A stretch of 60,379 nucleotides of DNA, counting the filler, from Jimgerdemannia flammicorona (Eukaryota): the NCBI GenBank assembly GCA_003990765.1. It is 3 parts of 3 records of this genome, joined end to end, with 100 filler letters (N's around TTAATTAATTAA, not from the genome) between each part and the next. Parts side by side here need not be neighbours in the genome. Positions count along the whole stretch, not along the records: positions 40,326 to 60,379 come from RBNJ01001773.1; 2 more parts are not named here. One strand, written 5' to 3'. This document shows, piece after piece, positions 48,701 through 60,379 of the stretch; positions within the stretch are counted from its first letter, which is position 1, and each line of letters starts with the position of its first letter. Both the position numbers and the translations under genes were made by a program. Under the pieces are notes generated by a model, which searched no databases, had not been told where the DNA came from, and saw only the letters and a list, made by a program, of their open reading frames with translations.

Positions 48701-50854
48701 TGGGCTGAAGTCATTCAAATGCAGGTAGAGTGCTGGAGGCAGGAAGGTGTCACAGTCGATATTTGGTGGTTGAGGATGAAGGAGATGGCCAGGGCCTTTT
48801 GGAGTGAGGCTGGTATGGAGGCAGGGAGACAGAGGAGGCAGCGGGTGCAGTGGGCATCTCGTAGACTGTCTAGACTCTTAGAGGACTGAGCAAGGCTGGC
48901 AACATTGGAGGGAGAGGCAGACTGGCATTCAATAAGGTTACAAATGGAGGTGGCTGAACTACAACAGGTGCTGCAGAATGAGGAGGAGGCTAGGGTCCAG
49001 GGTCTGGCAGCACGGCTTCATTGGCAGGGGCTGGAGGAAGGAGAGTGGCCCTCGAAGTTCCTTACAAGAGCCCTTCAGGCGAGAAGAGTGCAGCAAAGGT
49101 AGGAGGGGGTGCTTAATGCTGAGGGCTCATTGGTGCATGGGGTACAAGACATTCTTGGCTCATTAAAGGAGCATTGGAGTGAATTGTAGAGTGAGGAGGA
49201 GGGTGGGGCAGGTGCTGAGGACATTGATTGAGCTTTGGAGGATTGGCACCCTATCCGAGCAGCTGGGATGGATGACTTGGTACAGCCAGTGCTAGAGGAG
49301 GAGATCCACCAGGTTCTTGCCACAACAACCTTGGGTATGGTGCCTGGAGAGGATGATCTGCCCTGGGACTTCTGGAAAAGGATAGTGGGAGTCTCTGGAA
49401 TAGTGGGAGAGATGAGGGCACTGTGTGATTGAATTCTACAGATGGGGAGATGGGTGGGAGAACAGGATCTAGGGTTGGTGACATTGCTTTATAAGAACAA
49501 AGGAAGCTGAGAGAACTGGAAGAACTGGAGGCCAATTATGCTACTGGATATGGACAGAAAGTTGGTTACCAAAGTAGTGGTCGCAAGGTTGCAAAAGGTG
49601 GCCCAGCAAGTCTTGGGTGAGGAGCAGTGGGGCTTTGTTGGAGGCTGGCTCATCAGGGATGATACAGCATGGGTACATGGCATTATTGAAGGGGTGCGAG
49701 CCAGTGGACTGGATGGGCATCTGGTCTTTTTGGACCAGGAGAAGGCCTATGACCGAGTGTGACAGGTCTGGTTGGCAAAAGTTTTGGATAGAATTGGGGT
49801 CCCACAACAGTTCAGGACCACTATGGTCAGCCTACTAGAAGGAAGTAGGGCAGCACTCATGTGTAATAGATATAGAGGGGTAGCATTTCCCCTGGGTAGG
49901 GGGGTGCTCCAGGGGGACCCACTGTCCCCCATTTTGTATGCTTTGTCTCTGGAGCCCTTCATGGACAGAATAAGGCAGAAGATAGTGGGGCTCTCTATCT
50001 TTGGCATCAGGTGGAAAGTAGGGGCATTTGCAGATGACATAGTGGTCAGTCTGGGATTAGTTGTGGATGTTGAGGAGTTCAAGGAGACAGTGGAGTGGTA
50101 TGAGGTGAACTCTGAGGCTAGGCTTAATTGTCATAAGTGCAAAACAATGGTGTTAGGCAATAGTCTCGTGGGTGGAGAGATTATTGGTACAATTGTCCCT
50201 GCTGGTGAGGCAGTATGGTACTTGGGTATCTATCTGTCAGTGTATGGGTCGGTTCTGCCCAGACTTTGGTGAGAGCAGCAGGTTGGCATTTGGGAGGAGG
50301 CCCTGAGGAGTTGGGAAGGCCATCAATTGTCTCTGGCAGGCTGTGTTTCAATTCTGAACATCTATTGACTGCCAAAGGTGTGGTATCTGGCTTATCATCT
50401 GGACTTTCCAGCTTGGGTGGTGAAGAGACTGATGAAGATGGCCAAGGGGTGGATCTGGGCTGGAAGGCAGAGTCAAATCAACTGGGAGGTCTTGTCCTTA
50501 CCAGTGGCAAGTGGGGGACTTGGGCTGGTTGACTTTCCTAGGAGACTGTACTGCTTGAGAGCTTGGTGGCTGAAGAGAGCAGTAGAGTTGAGAGGGGGTG
50601 GTTGGGTTCCCCTACTGTAGAAAGTCTGGGAGATGAGGTCCTCTCCAAGAGGTTCGACAGGTGATCTCCTAGTGTTTGTGGGCCTTCAGAACTCTGGGCA
50701 ATTATGGTACAAAGGCTTCTGGTGGAGAGTGGCAGAGGGAGCATGCCACATTGGGATTAGGTAGCAGGGAAATAAAGGGGAGGAGGCTTGGGACCGGGCA
50801 ATGTGGAGATGGGACTGAGTGCTACTAGGTGGCATTCCATTACTTGAGTTTGAC
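45772..50854 (+). mobile_element. LINE copy G (5' end through RT and part of the C-terminus)
   Basis: Close relative of copy E. NWRPIMLLDMDRK, DQEKAYDRV, QGDPLSPILY, AFADD. Confidence 0.93.
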
Positions 50855-53800
50855 ATGGTGTGGTGGTTGGAGAGGTGGTGGTTCCCATGGTGAGGTGCTT
50901 AAGGTGGGACCCCAGGGTAGTGCAACTTCTGGTGAGGGGGGTGCCCATAGTGATGAAGGAGGAGACTAGGAAGAGGGTGGAGGAGGTGATGGTGGAGTAT
51001 GGTGACGTGGTGGACATTGGCTTTCAGTTGTGGGAGGGGATGACTATCAGGACGGGTGATGTGGATGTCAGGATTCGATTGGTGGAGAAGGAGGCCACCG
51101 GGAAGACATATGACTGGCCCTTAGTGTTGATGTGGGGAGCTATCGTCTGCAAGGTGTTGAGAGTGAAAGGGAGTGAAGAGGAGGAGGAGGACTTACTGGA
51201 GGTGCTGGAAGAGTTGAGTGGTGCTGTGGTGAGGAGGACGAAGGCCTGGAAACTGTATGAGGAGTTGACACACCTAGAGGTTGTGGATGGGAAGTGCATC
51301 CATATGGATAAGAGGCAGTGGGAGTGGGCCCAGGGGTGCAAGTGGCAGAGGGAGCTGTTGGTGAGTATGACAGAAGGGGTGGCGAAGAAGTCAGTTGGAG
51401 CTGAGGAGTCTGGAGGCATTAAGGCCAGTGTCTGGGCTGGTAAAGGAGGTGAGGAGATGGAGGTGAAGGAGATGGAGGCTGGGAAGGTGATGGACAGAGA
51501 CCCCTTTGCTGATGGTATCTTTGAAGTGTGGGAGCCGGAGTTGGATGCCACCCCACTCCTACTTATCTGGAGGGGACCAGTGGGGAAGCAAGGGCCGATG
51601 GAGGATACACAGATGCAGGGGGCCCAGCAGGTGCACTTTGGAGTCCCAGATGTGGAGCAAGGGGGTCAGATGGTGGCGATTGGCAAGGATGAGCTGGTGG
51701 ATGTCCCTGAGGAGGAGTGGGATGAGGCTGCCAGTGTAGGGGCTGACACCACAATGTTGGATACAGGGCGACCAGGGACCCCAGGAGGGAAGGAGGTGGG
51801 GAACTTGTTGTGGATGCACATGGTGATGGATAATCTCACAGCAGAGGCTTTGGGGGAAGTGGACCTGAGGGCAATGCCTGAGGAGCATTGGGAACAGATT
51901 CTGTGCAGTAACAGAATGGTGGAGGCATTGAAGGTAGAGATCCTGGCTATCTTCCTGGAGGAGAAGGGATATGAGGTTGATGAGGTAAGGAAGGCAGAGC
52001 TGGGGGTGGTTGTGGGGGAGTGGGCAGTTTACTGTTGGGTAGAGTATCATGGCCTGCAGCTCTGGCAGGAGGCCTGTCTGGAGTATCATGAGGCCTTTGA
52101 GGAGCGTGAAGATGGGGCAATGGTTGAACTTCTGGGAGAGTTGGTGGTATGGGAAGCTGGGGAGAAGGAACTGACTGCTGAACATGACTTGGACTTGGGG
52201 CAGGAGGAGCAGAATGCAGACTTGTAGAGGGTGGACCCATGATTTATTACTATTTCCTATGAACAGTACAACCAACATTTTTTCCTTGAATGTGAATGGG
52301 CTGAGGGGCTCTGGGTGGCGTAGGAACATTTTCACTTGGCTCAAGGGATTGGAGGCTGATCTCTTTTTACTACAGGATGTTCGGTGTGAGGATGAGGATG
52401 ATAGAATAGAGTGGACTAGGGAATGGGGTGGGGCTTCTGCTTGGTTCGGAAAGGTGGCAATTCTGGTGAGGAAGGACAGAGGAGACTTGGGGGGTATCAG
52501 GAGCTGGGGCAATCACTTGGTCTGGGGTGATTGGCATCAGCCAGGTTGGGAATTGGTGAAGGTGGGCTCTTGCTACTGCCCTGTGGCTAGGGGGGAGAGG
52601 ATCACTTGGATTAGGGGGCTGCTGGAGGAGGGTATTCTCTTGGAGGAAGGGGTCGATGTTCTCAGTGGGGACTTTAATATGGTTAGAGATCTGTGGCTGG
52701 ACAGAACTGATGGAGGGAGGAGTGCTGGGGGTAGGAGTGGAGGTCTGGATGCATGGGAGGAGGTAGAGATGTTGAGCTCCTTGGGGGATATGGGCAGGAC
52801 CAGATGGGGTGATGCCAGGGTCTACACCCATTGGGTGAATGGCTTGGACACAAGAATTGACTGGATTCTGATGGTGGAGTGCTGGGGTTCTGATGTTTGG
52901 AAAGTATTGAAAGTGGAGTGGTGTCCATGGTCTGATCACTGGGGTCTGTTGGGGCAGGGGCAGTTTGGGGGGAGTGGAGATGGACCTGGACATTGGTGCC
53001 TTAACTCCTCCCTGCTGGCTGAGAAGAGGTTGTGGGATTTGTGGGTGGAGGACGTTCAGGCAAGATTTTCTGGCTGGAGGCATAAGGGTCTGCCTGTGGC
53101 TGTCCACTGGATGCAAATGAAAGAAGCTGCAAGGGTTTATTGGGGAGGGGCTGGTAGAGAGGTCGGGAGGTAGAGGAGGAGGCATACAAGGTGTACATCC
53201 AGCAGGCTGTGGAGGCTACAAATGGAGTAGATGGGTTTGCTCACTGTTGTTGGGGTTGAAGATTGGAGGATAGAGAGGGCGAAATTAGAGATAGTGGAAC
53301 TACAACAGGTGTTGAGAGAAGAGGAGGAATCTCATATGCGGGGTATGGCTGCTAGGCTATGGTGGCAGGAGCTTGAGGAGGGTGAGTGGCCTACTAGGTA
53401 CCTTTTAAGACTTCTCAAGGCAAGGAGGGTGCGTCATTGGTGGGATGGGGTCCTGGATGCTGATGGAGATATGGTACATGGTATGCATCAAATCTTGGGG
53501 GTTTTGAAGAAGAGATGGCAGGGCTTATGGAGTGAGGGAGAAGGGGGTGCTGATGAGGCAGCGATTGTGGATACGCTAGAAGAGTGGGGGCCACCACATG
53601 TAGCTGGACTGGGTGACTTGATCTTACCAGTGCAGGAAGAGGAGATCCAGCATATCCTGGCAGCAACTAAGCTTGGGACAGTGCCGGGAGAGGATGGATT
53701 GCCATGGGACTTCTGGAAGAAGATGGTGAATGTCCCTGGTATTTTGGGTGAGATGGCTGCTCTCTGTGACCATGTCCTTCAGTGCAGTGAGTGGGTTGGA

Positions 53801-55338
53801 GAGCAGGACCTTGGGCTGGTGGCCTTATTGTACAAAGACAAGGAGAGGAGAGAATACTGGAAGAATTGGAGGCCAATCATGCTTCTGGATATGGACAGGA
53901 AGATAGTGACTAAGGTGATTGTAACAAGGCTGCAGAAAGTTGCCCAACAGGTGCTGGGGGAGGAGTAGTGGGGTTTTGTTGGAGGCAGACTTATAAGAGA
54001 TGGAACTGTGTGGGTTCATGGTATCATTGAAGGGGCCCGGGCCTGTGGACTGGATGGAAGGTTGGTTTTTTTGGACCAGGAGAAGGCCTATGACCGTGTA
54101 TGGTAGGTGTGGCTGGGCAAGGTATTGGACAGAATTGGTATTCCTCCAAGATTCAGGGCCTCAATGGTGAGTCTACTGGAAGGCAGTCGAGCAGCTTTGT
54201 TGTATAATGGTCACCATAGGAGGGCATTTCCCTTGGGAAGGGGAGTTCCTCAGGGAGACCCTCTGTCCTCTATTCTCTACACTCTTTCACTGGAGCCGTT
54301 GATGGATAGGATTCGCCAGAAGGTGGCGGGGCTCTCTATATATGGTATAGTGTGGAAGGTGGGGGCCTTTGCTGATGATATGGTGGTTGGACTTAGGTCG
54401 GTAGCAGATGTAGTAGCTCTTCAGAGGACTGTGGAATAGTATGAGGCTCACTCGGGGGCGAAGCTCAACTGGCATAAGTGTGAGACAATGGTGCTGGAGA
54501 ATGGGCTAGTGGGTGGGGACATCATTGGAACAATTGTCCCTTCTGGTGAGGTGGTGTGGTATCTGGGTATCTTCCTCCTGTATATGGCTCTGTCTTACTA
54601 TGAGTGTGGTGGGAGAATCAGGTGAATATCTGGGAGGAGGCCCTTCAAGGTTGGGGAGGCCACCATATCCCCCTAGCCGGGCAGGTGTCAATCCTGAATG
54701 TATATTGGTTCCCTAAGCTGTGGTATGTGGCATATCACCTTGACTTCCCAGCATAGGTGGTGGCGAAGTTGACGAAGGTGGCAAGGTACTGGATTTGGAT
54801 GGGGAGGAGGGCCCAGGTCAGTTGGGATACACTTGTGAGACCAGTAGTCAGGGGAGGTCTTGGCCTGGTGGACTTCCCTAAGAGGTTGCATTGCTTGCGG
54901 GCCTGGTGGCTAAAGAGAGCTTTGGAACTACAGGGCAGTGATTGGGTGCCTCTGCTGCAGAAGGTGTGGGAGATGCAAACATCCCCTTGTGGGTCCTCTG
55001 GGGATCTGCTCTCTTTGGTGGGGCTGAACAGAAGTTGGAGGATGTGGTTCAAGGGCTTCTGGTGGGGAGTGGCTGATGGAGCACACTAAATTGGCCTGCG
55101 CTGGCAAGACAATGAGGGGAAGGAGGTGTGGGGGCCTAATATGTGGCATTGGGATAGACTGCTCCTGGGGGGTACTCCACTGGCTATGTTCGATATTGGG
55201 GAGGGAGTCAAGTGTCAGCTGGGGCTTGGCCAGGATCTTTGGCCGAGTGGCTGGCAGGTGGCAGGGATTGGCGAGGAGTGGGACTGGGAGGGTATCTGGT
55301 CTTGAAGTGCAGAGGTGCAGAGGTGGCTTCCTCCCAAG
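50855..55338 (+). mobile_element. LINE copy H (starts mid-ORF1; ORF2 from 52259; cut by hAT)
   Basis: ORF1 50860-52227, endonuclease ORF to 53173, RT motifs 53690-54440. Confidence 0.93.
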
Positions 55339-58093
55339 TAGTGCTCCACAAACCCAATCTGATTAATCCAAAACCCAACCCGTAAAACAGCCAACCCAGA
55401 ATTAGATGTCACCCGTCTTTAACCCAACCCAGAATTATACGTCACCCATCTTTAACCCGACCTGGAATTATATATCACCTGTCTTTAACCCGACTCAGAA
55501 TTGTATGTCACCCATCTTTAACCTAACTCAGAATTGTATGTCACCTGTCTTTAACCCGACCTGGAAAGATACATTACCCATCTTTAACCTGACCTGGAAA
55601 TGTATGTCACCTGACCCATTATTTACCCTTAACCCAAACCTGAACCCAACCCCTGAACCCAACCCTGAACCTGACCTCTGAACCCAACCCTGAACCTGAC
55701 CCTCTGAACTCTGCTCTGAAAAAATGATTCGGAAAATATTTGGATAATATTCAGAGTAATTGAAAGTGAAAAATATCTGAAGACCACCAAGAATCCAAAC
55801 ACATGCATGCATGAATTGTATTTACACACAAGCTGTTTCGATGTTCAGTTACTAGCTCACCAGCAATAGAAAAAATATGTTCAGATGGAACAGATGTCGC
55901 CGAAATAGCAAGATAATCATGAGCCATTCATAAAAAATTAGGATATACTGACTGATTTCGCCACCACCAATCCAGTATATCTATACGAGGATCAGCTAGA
56001 TTCTCTGACAAATAACTGAAACAGAGAAATATGAGTGAAAATTAACCAAGCTAATTAAAAAACATAAAAACAACACCCACTATTCAAGCTCATCATCCAC
56101 ATTGATGTGCTGTTTCTTCTCATATATTGAGTTGATAAAATCATTGGCATCACGAGATATTGAGGGTATAATGATAGCATTAACAGACTTATACTCCTTT
56201 TCCCAGATATGTTCTATCTGATTCTTTCATTCATTAATTAAGGATTTTTTCCATTGCTCATAATGGAAATAATGCATATTGATACGTGGATCTAAGGCCG
56301 AAGCTATGCTGTATAATGGTATCATCTTGCAGTAATACTTTAGAAGTTTCATACATACATTCTCAGCAGCGGTAAGCATTATCTATAAAAAATAAAAATA
56401 TATACATATTACTTCTCAATTACTTACTAAATTAGTTCCTAAATTCACAAATAAAATTACTTTCAAAATCATATATATACCTGATTAAAATGTTCACCAG
56501 TTTGATATGTATTGATGACATCTTCGAGATGATCACATAGCCGATTAAATAGTGGGATAACAGCTGCTATTGTAGGATACTTCGAAGCTGACATCACAGT
56601 TGTCACTTTGGCAAAAGGCTCAAGAAATCGGCAAATCAATTCAAATTATTGCCATGCATCTTCAGATATATTGCTCATTTGCTTATCCATGGCATATAAA
56701 TATCCAAGCCCTATTTGGATGTAATATCAATTTATTTAGTACCAAAATACTTCTGAATTGTATTCCAAAATCTATACAAATAGATTCAAAATCTTATCTT
56801 ATGAATCTCCAGAGCACGCGCTAACATTTCATGTGTAGAATTCCATCTCATCATAACATCTAAGAGAGGCTTCAAAATGGAAATTCTGGAGGATTCACAG
56901 ACCTTTGTCAGTTGTGCTTATCGTTGCACTGAATTTTTGATCTTCTTTATCAACTCCCATAGCTTTCCAATGGGCTCACTAAGAGAACCAAGAGCATCAT
57001 GAATGACGAGATTCAATACATACCTGAAACAGCGTACATGAGTGAGCAGATGATGGAGATTCTCAAACAGAGTATCATTGTTACTGGCATTATCATACAC
57101 AACAGCAATGATTTGATTGTCACTAGGCAATAAATCATCTATTACCAGCTCCAGACTTTTCACAAGATTGGCACCCATGTGTGTTATTTCGCTGATATTC
57201 ACAAAGTCTAAGATAATGTCATGCATCTTCCAATCACTATCAATCCAATGGGCTGTTATTCCAAGGAAAGCCTTGATGTTAACGTCCGATGTCCAACAAT
57301 AAGGTATAAGTGATACCTTTGACTTGAGCCCTGCTAGCCTTGCTTTCACTTGAGTTCACAATAGTTCAAATTCCTTTCAAATAACTCACGAAATCATATC
57401 AGCTGATGGAAGGGCCAGATCAGGGTGTAATATGTGAAGGAGATACTTGAAGCCAGTATTTTCGATAGTGGAGAATAGCTTATATCCAGTGACAATGAAG
57501 TTGGCAATTAACTGATAGAAATTTTCATCACTTAAAGTCTTACTAGTGTGTTCCTATTTGTAATAATAAAATTTGATCAATTATTTTTCTAATAACCTCC
57601 TAAGTACTTCCCAAATTCCATTCTATCCATACTCACAATATCATCTTTCTTAGACCAGTGAGAATTCTCAGCACACTGGAGAGGTAAGAGCATGGCATTG
57701 TGATGCTTTCAGAGATGTTGTTTAAGATTGTTGATATTGCCATCCTTCAATATATAGCTCTAAGTCATGCAATGGTTGCAACTGATGAGCTTACTTTGTA
57801 AATTCTATTTAAATAGAGAGATATGAGACTATATTAGAACCTCAACTGCTTACAATCAACCACCCACCCTTACAACTAAGACCAATCACCTCTATGAATT
57901 CAACCATTAGCACAATGTATAAAACTACCTTTGTGGTATGATTCCACACCCAGCTATCACTAGGTTTTGTTTTTATTTTTATTCTCATGCTCGTTGGTGA
58001 TAATGAACTGATGGAGATATCTGATATATCCTTCAATATATCATCTGACAGTTCCGAGATTTCTCCTAAATGTACTTCTTGATCTTTAGACAT
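55339..58093 (-). mobile_element. hAT transposon: 3' TIR, 33-bp subterminal array (55400-55700) and degenerate transposase (about 55770-58093)
   Basis: TAGTGCTCC terminus. Transposase motifs SWVWNH (BED), CWTS..FLGITAHWID, DNASNN, RCF.YVLNL, LDVMMRWNST, LDPR, MAHDYLAISATSVPSEHIFS (dimerisation domain). Confidence 0.9.
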
Positions 58094-58416
58094 TTCGAAT
58101 GTTTGATGATAGTAGAGACTGGGAGCTTGAGTGGGAGGCCAAGAGCTGGAAAGTGGCTAGAAAGTGGCAAGCTAGAGAGTGGCGAACTGGGAAATGAGCT
58201 GGGGGGGCAGTGAACTAGGGGGCAGGGAGTTGTGGGGAGGTGGTAAGCAGCAGGAAACACCAGGAACTGTGGGGGGCAGTGAGAGGGAGAGCAGTGAGGT
58301 GGCATGCAATAGCCAATGATCGATTGTGGACAGAGGATGGATGAATAAATATGCACAGATAGTGAACTGGTACCCATCACGCAACTGCAAACAGCAAACA
58401 GCAAACATACTTTGGA

Positions 58417-59044
58417 GATTCAGCGTGTTCTGCATTGAGCAAGGTTTGCAACGATGTTTGAGTGAGATTTGTGGTGCGTTTGAGTGAGATTTGCAGCAAG
58501 GTTCGAGCAAGATTTGCAAGCGAGATTTACAAGCAAGATTTGTATGTAAGATTAAAGCAAGATTTGCATAAGCCAGGCTTTGCAAGCCTTGCACTTGCAA
58601 GCCTGGACAAGCTCAGTCACAAGCTGATATGATGTATATATAAGCTGATATCATGTAATATCAGCTATTGGCTGAGCTTGCAAGTGTAAGGCTTGCAAAT
58701 CTCACTCGAACCTCGCTGCAAATCTTGCTCAAATGCACCACAAACCTCGCTCAAACATTGTTGCAAACCTTGCTCAATTGGGGCTTATGCAGAACCCGCT
58801 GAATCATGCAGAGAGGAGTGGAACACAGTGAGGAAAGCTCCAGATTGCAAGTGTAAGTGTAAGCATAAGCATAAGTGTAAGCGTAAGCATAAGCTTTGCT
58901 CTGCTCAGTCTGACAAGCTGATAATAAGCTGATATCACATGATATCAGCTATCAGCTGAGTGGAGCAAAGCTTGCACTTGCACTTATGCTTATGCTTACG
59001 CTTGCAATCCGGAGCTTTCCTCACTACATTCTACTCCTCTTGCA
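58417..59044. repeat. Two adjacent long imperfect palindromes (58417-58805 and 58807-59044)
   Basis: Arms such as ATTGAGCAAGGTTTGCAAC/GTTGCAAACCTTGCTCAAT and GTGAGGAAAGCTCC/GGAGCTTTCCTCAC. Both have an AGCTGATATCA..ATATCAGCT core. Confidence 0.9.
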
Positions 59045-59290
59045 TTCCACTCCTCTTGCGTTCCACTCCTCTTGCGTTCCACTCCTCTTGTGTTCCACTC
59101 CTCTTGCACAACCCTTACATATTCCTCCACCTTCCTCACCCTCATTCCTCAGATTGCAAACAACATGCAATTTAGAAATGGGTTTTGAAAGAGATTTCAA
59201 AGAGATTCTGAAAGAGATTTCGAAGAGATTTGGAAAGAGCTTCTGAAAGAGATTTCGGAGAGATTCCGAAAGAGCTTCTGAAAGATGTTA
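59040..59290 (+). repeat. Short tandem repeats (16-bp CCACTCCTCTTGCGTT; AAAGAGATTT-like units)
   Basis: Seen directly in the sequence. Confidence 0.85.
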
Positions 59291-59411
59291 TAGCTTTTGA
59301 ACATTTAAGATATCGAAAGCTTACTTTTGCCTCTCGTTCTTTTTGCCTCGTCCTTCACTTCGCCTCATCCTTTACTTCACCTCACTTAATTCACTACTAT
59401 GTTGAGAAAAC

Positions 59412-60379
59412 ATGGATATGAGCGCCCAGCCAATAAGTATTTACTTGGCCCCCCCCAAGCTCAATGTACTTCAGCTTGCTGTCCCAAAGCTCAGTGCCCT
59501 AAATATGCCCAGCTTGCCAACACCCAGCCTGCCAAGCTTGCCGACATCCAGCCTGCTGAACTTGCCAACACCCAGTCTGCCAAGCTTGCCGACACCCAGG
59601 TTGCCGAGCTCGCCAACTCCCAGCTTGCTGACCCTTAGCTCTCTGATCTCCAGCTTGACTGCCAGCTCGCTGCCAGTCCACAAGCACAAGGTCCCCCACC
59701 AGATCCCAATAACACAGCTCAAAAAAGTTAGTTTTTTTTTTTTTTTTCTTTTTAAATCAATGTCCGAATTTTTTTCCTAATAACATTCGAAATATATATA
59801 TCCTCCAGCTTCTAAGCCTGGGCCAGAGTACAAATCTTGCTACAATTGCCATTTTTGCCATCAAGTTTGCCCAAACACCACCTGGAAGCATTGCCAAATC
59901 AATTTCCCAGATGCCCCAAACCTCACAGAGAAAAGGCCTTACAAATCAGACATTAGGCATGCTTTTGCTGTGGCCAACAAATGTATTAAGAAAGTACATG
60001 ATGACCAACTGAGGCAAGAAGTCATAAGAGCGATAGAAACCCATGTGAAAATCATGGAATGTTTGTCATACCACACTGGCTTCAAGGTGAATGCCAAAGC
60101 ATAGAACAAGCAAGGTTGTCCAGATGGAATTGTCGTCATGGATGAATATGAAAAACTGCTGGCCATATTTGAACGAGTACCAGTAAAGAACGACAAAATG
60201 CTTTATATATGACTGATGGATGGCAGGCTTGTGCATTTTGTTGAGGGGAGTAGTGGTGGAGGAGATGGAGAGGTGGGAGAGGTTGGTGCCAGTGGAGGAG
60301 TCGGCACCGGTGGAGAGGTCGATGGAGAGGTTGGTGCGGGGGTGGTTGGCATGGGGGAGGTCAGCGTGGGGGAGGTCGC
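59412..60379 (+). pseudogene. Degenerate intron-containing gene with 24-bp repeat exon, Cys cluster and Gly-rich tail
   Basis: Probable intron at about 59727-59808. The downstream frame reads KSCYNCHFCHQVCPNTTWKHC.. for about 190 codons with two stops. Confidence 0.4.

Noticed and set aside
55620..55705. AACCCT-rich tract as telomeric repeat
   Set aside because: Irregular units (AACCCTG/AACCCA) inside the hAT subterminal region, not (TTAGGG)n.

Overview
Eukaryotic, almost certainly fungal, transposon-rich DNA (GT-AG introns, chromovirus, hAT, L1/Tx1-type LINEs; an early-diverging lineage such as Mucoromycota is only my guess). The window is not contiguous. Three pieces of about 20 kb (1-20063, 20164-40225, 40326-60379) are joined by artificial 100-nt N/TTAATTAATTAA/N linkers. 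Most of the sequence is nested, C-to-T-decayed elements: at least 9 copies or fragments of one G-rich L1/Tx1-like LINE family, three Ty3/Gypsy families and several hAT elements. One CpG-rich gene island (about 34470-40200) holds a BTB-SPRY-transmembrane gene head-to-head with a TKL-type kinase, a frameshifted SLX9-like gene and a duplicated kinase 3' end. The most notable observation is an uncharacterised accessory gene shared by two different LTR retrotransposons. In one (a dUTPase-carrying chromovirus) it sits after pol with its own TATA box. In the other it is an intact 364-399 aa ORF inside a 2.06-kb LTR.
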